Shown: positions 56,545 to 64,000 of the stretch, piece after piece
How positions within the stretch are numbered: the stretch's first letter is position 1
Layout of the letters: each line of letters opens with the position of its first letter
Assembly (NCBI GenBank): GCA_023423795.1
Contig: JAFAEX010000136.1
Span: forward strand, 451-64,450
Reading direction: 5' to 3'
Length of the DNA: 64,000 nucleotides
Source of the DNA: Chloroflexota bacterium
GTDB taxonomy: Bacteria > Chloroflexota > Chloroflexia > Thermomicrobiales > UBA6265
Position numbers and translations under genes: made by a program
Notes under the pieces: generated by a model
Told to the model about the DNA's origin: nothing
Seen by the model: the letters and a program-made list of their open reading frames with translations, nothing else
Databases searched by the model: none

Positions 56545-57956
56545 GCCGCCGTTTCCTCCCGCGCCGGCCGGACGGACTGGAACGCCGCCGCCATCACCCG
56601 GTCCTTGTCAGCTTCACCGCCGGCGAATTCGGCGACGATCCGTCCCGTTCGCAGCACCAGCACCCGGTGCGACAGCGCCAGCACTTCTTCGATCTCGGAC
56701 GAGATGAGCAGCACCGCCATGCCCTCCCCGGCGAGACGCTGCAGGAGGTCGTAGATCTGGCGCTTGGCCCCGACGTCCACCCCGCGCGTGGGCTCATCCG
56801 CGATGAGCACCCGCGGCTGGCGCATCAGCCATTTCGCGAACAGCACCTTCTGCTGGTTCCCACCGGAGAGGTTGATGACCGGCGTTTCGATCGAGGCCGT
56901 CCGCACGTCGAGGTCGGCGGCGAGGCGTTGCGCGGCGCTCCGTTCGCGGCGACCGTCGATCACCCAGCGCGGGGCGAACGAGCGCAGCGACGCCATCGAC
57001 TCGTTTTCCCGCACCGCCCGCGCGAGATGCAGGCCCTGTTCCTTGCGGCTTTCCGGCAGCATCGCGATCCCGGCTGCGATGGCGTCGCCCGGATGCCGCA
57101 ACCGGACCGCCTGCCCATCGACGCTCACCGTCCCGCCGTCGAGCCGGTCCGCGCCGAAGATCGCCCGCGCGATCTCGGTCCGCCCGGAGCCGACCAGTCC
57201 GGCCAGTCCGACGATCTCGCCCTCCCGAATCTCGAACGACACGCCGTCGATCGCGCCGCGCCGCCGCAATCCGTCGGCCCGGAGCACGACCGGCGACCCG
57301 TCGGCCAGCGGACGCCGTTCGGGGAACGCGGTGTCGAGCCGGCGGCCGATCATCGCCTGCACGAGGGAGGCTTCGGTTTCGTCCCTTGCCGGGCCGGAGC
57401 GGACGACCTTGCCGTCGCGCATCACCGTCACGTCGGACGAAACCGCGAGGACCTCGTCGAGGAAGTGGGAAACGAGCACGACCGCCGTCCCGCCGGCCGC
57501 AAGTTGCCGGATGATGCCGAGCAACCGCTGCGTTTCGTCGGCGGTCAGGCTGGCCGTCGGTTCGTCCATCAGGATTACGCGGGCGTCGCGGGCGATGGCG
57601 CGCAGGATCTCGACCTTCTGCTGGTCGGCCACCCGCAGGTCGCGCACCCGTGCGTCGCCATCCAGCCCGAACCCGGTGCGCTCGTTCAGCACCGCGAACC
57701 GCCGGCGCAGTTCCAGGCCGTCGAGCACACCCCAGCGCCGCGGCTCCGCACCGAGGAATACGTTCTCGGCGACGGTCCGCGCCGGCACCAGCGCCAGTTC
57801 CTGGGCGATGGTGGCGATCCCGGCGGCCAGCGCGGCGCGCGGCGAGCCGAAGCGGACGGGCTGGCCGTCGAGCAGCAATTCGCCGTCGTCTGGCTGGTAA
57901 ACGCCGCCGATGATCTTGGAGAGCGTCGATTTCCCGGCGCCGTTTTCGCCAACCAA
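56541..57956 (-). pseudogene. Sugar ABC transporter ATP-binding protein (duplicated ATPase, RbsA-like) lacking its N-terminal about 16 residues and any canonical start; possible pseudogene
   Basis: GENGAGKST, LSGGNQQKV and two Walker B motifs are intact. Homology continues upstream only to DGARDRVSIEIRPGAVHGLV (to about 58010). There is no ATG/GTG/TTG in frame between the upstream gene's stop (58173) and TTG 57956. Confidence 0.6.
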
Positions 57957-58011
57957 CCCGTGGACGGCACCGGGACGGATCTCGATCGAGACCCGGTCAC
58001 GCGCGCCATCC

Positions 58012-58104
58012 TCGTCGCCATCCCGAGCCTGTCGAGGGATCTCGTGCCCGAGTCGAGGAGTAAAGGAGCGACGAAATCCCTCGTCAGGCTCGGGATGGCG
58101 ACGA
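58012..58104. repeat. 93-nt palindromic element (20-bp perfect plus 8-bp stem, 35-nt loop)
   Basis: TCGTCGCCATCCCGAGCCTG (58012-58031) is the exact reverse complement of 58085-58104. The inner arms are CGAGGGAT / ATCCCTCG. Confidence 0.9.
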
Positions 58105-58172
58105 AGGAGCCGGATCGGCGCGCACGGATCAGCCGAGGCGTCGTGAATACCGCTTGCCGCCTGTCGGCCGCA

Positions 58173-59078
58173 TCAATCGCTCGACGGCAGGACCCCGGCC
58201 AGTTCTTCCATCAGCAATGCGACCGCGGCGAAATCGAGATTGGCCTTCCCGGTGGCGTTCGCGGCAAGCACCATGTCGTGGGCCAGCCCGGTTGCCGGCA
58301 TCGGCACGCCAACCTCGTTGGCCAGCGAGAGCGCGAGCCACAGGTCCTTCTGCATCAGGCGGAGCGTGAAAGCGGCCGGTTCGTAGACGCGATCTGACAC
58401 CGCCGCTGCCTTGGCCGTCACCACCGGCGCCGCCGCCGACGACGCCCCGAGCACCTCGAAGATCGCTTTCGGATCGAGCCCGGCCTTTTCGCCGAGCGCG
58501 ACCGCCTCGCCGAGTGCCTGGACGATCGCCGCCAGCAGCGCATTGGAGACGAGCTTCATCGTCGCACCGCTACCGCTCGACCCGAGGTGGTAGGCGACCC
58601 TGCCGATAGCGGCGAACACCGGCTGGCAGCGCTCGAACGCGTCCCGGTCCCCGCCGGCGAGGACGGCGAGCGTGCCCTCGGCGGCGGCCTTGACCGAGCC
58701 AGCCACCGGCGCGTCGAGAAACGCGATGCCGCGTTCGGCGGCGTCGGCGGCGAGCGCCCGCGACAGCGCCGGGGCAACGGTGCTGCAATCAACGAGGACC
58801 GTTCCGGGCGAGGCCCCGGCCAGCAACCCGTCCGGCCCGCGGTAGGTCGCCTCGACCGCCGCCGGCTCGGAGAGGCTCGTCAACACGATCCCGCACATGG
58901 CGGCTAGTGCGCGGGGGGAGTCCGCTGCGACGGCTCCGGCGGCGACGAGCGCGGCGGCCTTTCCCGGAGTCCGGTTCCAGACCACGACCGGGAACTCGGC
59001 GGCGAGCAGGCGCCCCGCCATCCCGCTCCCCATGCGGCCGAGCCCCGCTACACCGATCCGTTCGCTCGCCTCAGCCAT
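58173..59078 (-). CDS. NAD(P)-dependent oxidoreductase, 3-hydroxyisobutyrate/tartronate-semialdehyde reductase family
   Basis: Rossmann motif IGVAGLGRMGSGMAGRLL, DAPVAGSV, and GSSGSGATMKLVSN. Confidence 0.88.
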   Translation of the reverse strand: MAEASERIGVAGLGRMGSGMAGRLLAAEFPVVVWNRTPGKAAALVAAGAVAADSPRALAAMCGIVLTSLSEPAAVEATYRGPDGLLAGASPGTVLVDCSTVAPALSRALAADAAERGIAFLDAPVAGSVKAAAEGTLAVLAGGDRDAFERCQPVFAAIGRVAYHLGSSGSGATMKLVSNALLAAIVQALGEAVALGEKAGLDPKAIFEVLGASSAAAPVVTAKAAAVSDRVYEPAAFTLRLMQKDLWLALSLANEVGVPMPATGLAHDMVLAANATGKANLDFAAVALLMEELAGVLPSSD

Positions 59079-59096
59079 GCCCGCCTTGCCCTTCCG

Positions 59097-60113
59097 TCAG
59101 GCCCGGTAGCGATCCCGCACCCGGTCGATGATCACGGCCACGATCAGGATGACGCCGATGGCGATCTCCTGGACGTAAGACTCGATCCGGATCAGGTTCA
59201 TTCCGTTGGTCAGGATCGTGATGAAGATGGCGCCCAGCACCGCGCCCATGATCCGGCCTTCGCCGCCCCGCAGCGAGACGCCGCCGACGACCGCTGCCGT
59301 GATCGATTGCAGGGGGAACTCCATGCCGAGGTTCGGTTCGCCCGACGACACCCGCGCCGTCAGCAGGAACCCGGCGACCGCCGTCAGTACCGAGCAGATG
59401 ACGTAGACGGCCGTCAGGTAGAGCGGCACGGAGATGCCGGACAGGAACGCCGCCTTCGTGTTGCCGCCGATGGCATACACGTACCGCCCAAGCCGGGTCC
59501 AGTTCATCAGGAAGTACATCAGGATGATGGCGACGATCGTGACCCACACCGCGAACGGGATGCCGAGGATGCGCCCGGTGCCGATTTCCCGCGAGAACAA
59601 CGGCGGCAAACCGCTCACCGGGGAACCGCCGGTGTAGTAGAGGGCGAACCCTGCGCCAACCGACGCCATGCCGAGCGTCATGATGAACGGCGACACCTTG
59701 AACTTCGCTACCCCGATGCCGTTGATCAGCCCGAATACGAGGCCGACGACCAGCGCCGTCAGCAGCCCGACCAGCACGGCGGCCAGTTCCGAATCCGGGT
59801 TGGCCGCGTAGAAGTTCGCCATTTGACGGGCGCTTACCACGCTGGTGACGGCGATCACCGCGCCGACCGACAGGTCAAACCCGCCGCTGATCAGCACCAG
59901 CGCCTGCCCGAGCGTGATGATCGTCAGGAACGTCGCCTGCCGCGAGACGTTGACGATGTTCCCCGCGCCGTAGAACCGAGGTTCCTGCACCGCGAAGAAC
60001 ACGATCACCAGCACTAGCAGGAACGGCAGGATGCCGACGCTCGAAAGCACCCGCAACACCGGGTTGCCGGCCTGCCCGGCGTCGTTGGCGATCGCTCCCC
60101 GGTTCACCGCCAT
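59097..60113 (-). CDS. Sugar ABC transporter permease
   Basis: Polytopic protein. GGNTKAAFLSGISV and GGVSLRGGEG are paralogous to the 55573-56544 product. Confidence 0.9.
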   Translation of the reverse strand: MAVNRGAIANDAGQAGNPVLRVLSSVGILPFLLVLVIVFFAVQEPRFYGAGNIVNVSRQATFLTIITLGQALVLISGGFDLSVGAVIAVTSVVSARQMANFYAANPDSELAAVLVGLLTALVVGLVFGLINGIGVAKFKVSPFIMTLGMASVGAGFALYYTGGSPVSGLPPLFSREIGTGRILGIPFAVWVTIVAIILMYFLMNWTRLGRYVYAIGGNTKAAFLSGISVPLYLTAVYVICSVLTAVAGFLLTARVSSGEPNLGMEFPLQSITAAVVGGVSLRGGEGRIMGAVLGAIFITILTNGMNLIRIESYVQEIAIGVILIVAVIIDRVRDRYRA

Positions 60114-60167
60114 TTCGGCTCCTTTGCGTTCCCGTAACCGTTCGGGTGGCGATCCATCAATCGCGGC

Positions 60168-61745
60168 CTATGCCGTCGCCCGCGCGGCCCCGACCGTCGC
60201 GTCATCCCGGTCGAAGAAATGCGACAGCACCGCTTCCTCGGTCAGGTTCGGTCCGGCCAGTTCGGCATGCACGCGCCCGCGGTGCATGACGTAGGCGCGG
60301 CTCGCGAGGTGCAGGATCTCGGGGAGGTCCGACGAGATCAACAGCACCGCCGCCCCGCGCTCGCACAATTCCTTCATGAAGGCGTAGATCTCCACCTTCG
60401 CGCCGACGTCCACCCCGGTGGTCGGCTCGGCGAAGATGAACACCCGGATGTCGCGCGCCAGCCCGCGCCCCAGCACGACTTTCTGCTGGTTGCCGCCAGA
60501 GAACGCGCTCACCCCGCGCTCGATGTTGAGCGGACGCAGGTTGAGCCGCTGTGCGATGTCGGAGACCGTGCTCCGTTCCCGCCCACGGTTCAGCACGCCA
60601 GCGCGATTGAACAGCGGCAGGTCCAGCGATGCGAGCGAGACGTTTTCCCGCACCGGGCGGGTCATCACCAGCCCTTCGTCGCGGCGGTCCGGCGGCACGT
60701 AGACGACGCCGCGCGAGAGCATCCCGCGCGGCGTCGGTTTGGCGATCCGCTCCCCGGCGACCTCCACCGTGCCGCTCGCGATCGCGTCCAGGCCGAAAAC
60801 TCCGCGCGCGACCTCGGACTTGCCGGAGCCGACCAGACCGGCGATGCCGACGATCTCGCCGGCCCGCACCTCGACCGAGACGTCGCGGACGCGGCCGTTC
60901 GCCAGCGTCAGGCCGCTCGTCCGCAGCAGGATCTCCCCCGGCTCCTGCCGGATCGTAGGGTAGAGGGCCTCGACGGTCCGCCCCGTCATCAGTTCGACCA
61001 GCCGGTTCTCCGAGACCTCGTCAACGCCGAGGGTCGCGACGTGCTGCCCGTCGCGCAGCACCGTGATGCGGTCGGCGATTCGGTGGATCTCCGGCATCCG
61101 GTGGGTGATGTAGATGATGCCCAGACCCTGCGCCTTCAGCCGCCCGATGAGCGCGAACAGCCGCTCCGTCTCGCTCTCGGTGAGCGACGCCGTGGGTTCG
61201 TCGAGGATCAGGATCGACGGGTTGCCCTGGATCGCCTTGGCGATCTCCACCATCTGCTGCTCGGCCCGCGACAGCCGGCCGACCTGCGCTCGCGGGTCGA
61301 GCGCGAACCCCAGCATCTCCAGCGTGGCCGCCGCGCCCTCACTGATTCCGCGCTTGTCGAGCACGCCGCCACGGGTGCGCTCGCGCCCGAGGTAGAGGTT
61401 GTCCTCCACCGACAGCGTCGGCACGAGGCTGAACTCCTGGAATACCGCGTTGATTCCCAGTTCGCGGGCGTGGTGCGGCGAGTGGAGGCGGATCGGCCTA
61501 CCCCGCAGCGCCATCGTGCCGTCGTCCGGCGGAAACGACCCGGCGATGACGTTGATGAGCGTGCTCTTGCCGGCCCCGTTCTCGCCGAACAGGACGTGCA
61601 CCTCGCCGGCGCGCAGGTCGAAATCGACGCCGTCCAGCGCCAGCACGCCCGGGAACCGCTTCCTGATGCCGGTCAGCCGCAGCACCTCGGGCGCGAGGGC
61701 TGCCGGCGCCGCGTTCGCCGCGTCCATGGAAAACCCGCCAGTCAC
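60168..61745 (-). CDS. Sugar ABC transporter ATP-binding protein (duplicated ATPase)
   Basis: Complete N-terminus LRLTGIRKRFPGVLALDGVDFDLRAGEVHVLFGENGAGKST, and FSGGNQQKV. The start is 61745 or ATG 61727. Confidence 0.92.
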   Translation of the reverse strand: MTGGFSMDAANAAPAALAPEVLRLTGIRKRFPGVLALDGVDFDLRAGEVHVLFGENGAGKSTLINVIAGSFPPDDGTMALRGRPIRLHSPHHARELGINAVFQEFSLVPTLSVEDNLYLGRERTRGGVLDKRGISEGAAATLEMLGFALDPRAQVGRLSRAEQQMVEIAKAIQGNPSILILDEPTASLTESETERLFALIGRLKAQGLGIIYITHRMPEIHRIADRITVLRDGQHVATLGVDEVSENRLVELMTGRTVEALYPTIRQEPGEILLRTSGLTLANGRVRDVSVEVRAGEIVGIAGLVGSGKSEVARGVFGLDAIASGTVEVAGERIAKPTPRGMLSRGVVYVPPDRRDEGLVMTRPVRENVSLASLDLPLFNRAGVLNRGRERSTVSDIAQRLNLRPLNIERGVSAFSGGNQQKVVLGRGLARDIRVFIFAEPTTGVDVGAKVEIYAFMKELCERGAAVLLISSDLPEILHLASRAYVMHRGRVHAELAGPNLTEEAVLSHFFDRDDATVGAARATA

Positions 61746-61817
61746 GGGCGGGAGCCGGGACCCTCCGGTCGCCGGCTCCCGTTCCGCACGATCGAACCGC
61801 GCCGAGTAAGCGCCGCG

Positions 61818-62960
61818 TTACTCGACGGTGAACTCGGGGTTGTAGTCGGTCGGGGCGAAGGTCGATTCCCATACGAACTCGGTCTCGAGGTTCTCCGGGG
61901 TCATCACCGTGATGACCGGCCCGACCCGGTTGCTCGGCTCCAGCGTCTCCCCTTCGAGCAGGCGGACCGCCTGGTCAACCGCCAAGCGCCCCTGGATGAC
62001 GGTGTGGTCGTTGGAAGAGGCGACGATGCCGCCGGCCGCGATGCCGTCGTACACGGGCGGGTTCTGGTGGAAGGCGAGCACCTTCACCGAATCTTCCAAC
62101 CCGGCCTCGCGCACCGCCTGCACCGCCGAGACGGACGCTTGGGCGTTGCCGACGATGAAGTCGATGTCGGGGTTGGCCTGCAGCTCGTCCTCGACCAGTT
62201 TGAGCTGGATGTCGCGGCCGGTGTCGCCCCACTTGGTGGCGACGACTTCGATGTTGGTGCCCTCGGTGGCGTCGAGGAAGCCCTTGTAGGCGGCGTCGGT
62301 CCAGCCCGCGCCCTGCGGCCCGGGGAAGAACGCCACCTGCACTGGCTCGTCGCCGGATACGAGGTTTTCCAGCATGTGGGTGCCGGCGGTATAACCCATA
62401 TCGTAGAAGGACACGAGGGCGTGCCCGGAGACCTCCGGCGAGTTCACGCCGTTGACGAAGTCGATGACCGGAATGCCGTTGCCGACGATCTCCTCGACCT
62501 TGGCGTTGACGCCGTCGGCCGAGATCGCGCCGAGGATGATCGCCTGCGCGCCCTGCGCCACGCAGTCGTCCATCTGGCTCAGTTGCTTGTCGAGTTCGGT
62601 GTAGCCGCCGGCCTCGAACAGCGTCATCGTCGCGCCGACGCGGCGGATCTCCTCGGCGATGCCGTAGTTGGCGCCGAGCCAGTACGGATCCTTCAGGTGC
62701 GGGAACGCCACGCAGATGTTCCACTGCTGCGTGACCGCATCCTTCGCGATCGGCTGGTACATAGTAGCCGGCTGGCGCTCGCCATCGACCACGTACTCGA
62801 CCGGCCAGGACCAGTTCTCGGCGGCGAGCGATTCGGCCGAACCGACGACGGCGGCCGGCGTCGCGTCCTGCGCGAGCACCGACCCGCCGACCGCGGAAAG
62901 ACCGAGCATCAGCGCAAGCGTCGCGCCGGAAACGACGAGGGCCCGCGAACGGTACGACAT
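61818..62960 (-). CDS. Sugar ABC transporter substrate-binding protein (RbsB/LsrB-like)
   Basis: Signal peptide MSYRSRALVVSGATLALMLGLSAVGGSVLA, and a periplasmic-binding fold (NICVAFPHLKDPYW…QAIILGAISADG). Confidence 0.88.
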   Translation of the reverse strand: MSYRSRALVVSGATLALMLGLSAVGGSVLAQDATPAAVVGSAESLAAENWSWPVEYVVDGERQPATMYQPIAKDAVTQQWNICVAFPHLKDPYWLGANYGIAEEIRRVGATMTLFEAGGYTELDKQLSQMDDCVAQGAQAIILGAISADGVNAKVEEIVGNGIPVIDFVNGVNSPEVSGHALVSFYDMGYTAGTHMLENLVSGDEPVQVAFFPGPQGAGWTDAAYKGFLDATEGTNIEVVATKWGDTGRDIQLKLVEDELQANPDIDFIVGNAQASVSAVQAVREAGLEDSVKVLAFHQNPPVYDGIAAGGIVASSNDHTVIQGRLAVDQAVRLLEGETLEPSNRVGPVITVMTPENLETEFVWESTFAPTDYNPEFTVE

Positions 62961-63031
62961 GGCGACCTCCACGCTGAGTCGCTCCCCGAACGCTGCCGGG
63001 GCGGTGGGCTTGTACGACGCAGCGATCATCC

Positions 63032-63043
63032 GGAAACGATTCC
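63032..63043. promoter_or_regulatory. Candidate LacI-family operator GGAAACGATTCC
   Basis: A 12-nt perfect palindrome of the xGnAAnCGnTTnCx type, 72 nt upstream of the SBP start in the divergent intergenic region. Confidence 0.3.
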
Positions 63044-63157
63044 GCGCTGTCAACCCCCGTTTTCGGCACTGGTCAGACCGCGGCAGTTGCGAATTACCGC
63101 AACCCTGTCAATAATCCCGGCGTCCGCGTCGTTCGCCCGCAGGAGAGGATGCCCTCC

Positions 63158-64000
63158 GTGACCGACCGCGCCAACAAGGCAATTCTCGCCGAAACCCCGC
63201 CCCGCGACGGGCGGCCGAAGGCGGTGTTCCGCTCCGCCGGCGACCGCTTCATGCTGGTCGAGTTCGGCGAAATGGCCCTCGACCTGACGCTCAACTTCCG
63301 GGTGCTCGGGCTCAACGATCGCCTCAAGGCCGACCGGCCCGAGGGTGTGGTCGAGACCATCCCCGCGCTGCGCTCGATCCTCGTCCACTACGACAGCACC
63401 CGGCTCGCCCCGGCGGATCTCATCGCCGCCATCGACCGCGAGTACGCCGCGCTGCCCCCGGTCGAGGACCTCGTGATTCCCAGCCGGGAGATCACGCTGC
63501 CGCTGGCCGTGGATGACCAGTGGACGCGCGCCGACATCGCGAAGTACGTCCAGTACATCCGCAAGGACGCGCCGAACATCATCAACGGCAACAACATCGA
63601 ATACGCCGCGCAGTACAACGGGCTGGAGAGCGCCGAGGCGTTTGTCGAAACGTTCATGGCCACCCCGTGGTGGAACGCCGCCAACGGCTTCTTTCCCGGG
63701 CTGCCGTTCATGTTCCCGCTCGACCCGCGCTACGCGGTCGTCATCCCCAAGTACAACCCGACCCGGCCGTTCACCCCGGAGGGCGCGGTCGGCATCGCCG
63801 GGCCGTGCCTCGCCATCTACCCGGTGCCGTCGCCCGGCGGCTACCAGTTGATCGGCCGCACGATCCCGATCTACGACGCCAAGCAGCGCAACCCGGCCTT
63901 CGCCGACAACCCGATCCTGATGAAACCCGGCGACCGCGTCACCTTCACGCGCTGCACCGACGACGACCTGGTGGCGCTGCGCGAGCAGGTCTACGACGGC
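63158..64000 (+). CDS. Allophanate hydrolase subunit 1 / 5-oxoprolinase subunit B (KipI/PxpB) family carboxyltransferase domain protein (3' end outside window)
   Basis: Not in the ORF track because it has no stop in the window. I translated it by hand: …AGDRFMLVEFGEMALDLTLNFRV…ETIPALRSILVHYD…GAVGIAGPCLAIYPVPSPGGYQLIGRT. GTG 63158 lies 9 nt after AGGAGAGG (alternative ATG 63149). Confidence 0.75.
   Translation, partial: MTDRANKAILAETPPRDGRPKAVFRSAGDRFMLVEFGEMALDLTLNFRVLGLNDRLKADRPEGVVETIPALRSILVHYDSTRLAPADLIAAIDREYAALPPVEDLVIPSREITLPLAVDDQWTRADIAKYVQYIRKDAPNIINGNNIEYAAQYNGLESAEAFVETFMATPWWNAANGFFPGLPFMFPLDPRYAVVIPKYNPTRPFTPEGAVGIAGPCLAIYPVPSPGGYQLIGRTIPIYDAKQRNPAFADNPILMKPGDRVTFTRCTDDDLVALREQVYDG

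Noticed and set aside
58021-58097. An ATG inside the 93-nt palindrome (58097, minus strand) as the start of the ABC ATPase.
   Set aside because: It is in the +1 frame relative to the ATPase domain. Its translation (MATRMARVTGSRSRS…) is not ABC-like, and it would work only if there were an undetected indel.

Overview
This is a gene-dense bacterial chromosomal segment of about 70% GC, dominated by housekeeping genes. Replication and repair: ftsK (5' partial), recR, dnaN-recF, dnaE, polX, ruvB, tatD. RNA and translation: pnp, rpsO, queA, der, rsfS, tRNA-Asn, tRNA-Gln, tRNA-Met. C1, glycine and purine metabolism: folD, glyA, gcvT-gcvH-gcvPA, purB. Envelope: glmS with its ribozyme, a SEDS protein, plsY, galE. 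NAD: nrtR-nadK. There are three ABC-transporter clusters. I saw no rRNA, CRISPR array, transposase or integrase. Several traits suggest a high-GC Terrabacteria lineage such as Chloroflexota/Thermomicrobia: tmk-darA synteny, split gcvP, the glmS ribozyme, GAAC-N4-GTTC boxes, a recurrent extended -10 TGCTATACT, and starts very close to the -10. This placement is inference only. All protein calls rest on motifs I recognise in the supplied translations; no database search was run. Many long ORFs in the track are antisense shadows of real genes, as expected at this GC, and were ignored. The most interesting item is a compact, self-contained two-gene module divergent from dnaN. It has a near-consensus promoter carrying a perfect GAAC-N4-GTTC (LexA/Cheo-type) palindrome, a 214-aa protein whose core resembles Rad52/Sak-type annealing proteins, a 68-aa helical protein and a terminator. 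Other notable items: two unusually long non-coding stretches (725 nt and 545 nt) with repeats and stable hairpins; a VOC gene with an in-frame TGA at its conserved Trp codon; rsfS without a canonical start codon; an ABC ATPase whose 5' end is occupied by a 93-nt perfect-stem palindrome; and a PNPase with a DRGPRPxG octapeptide-repeat tail.
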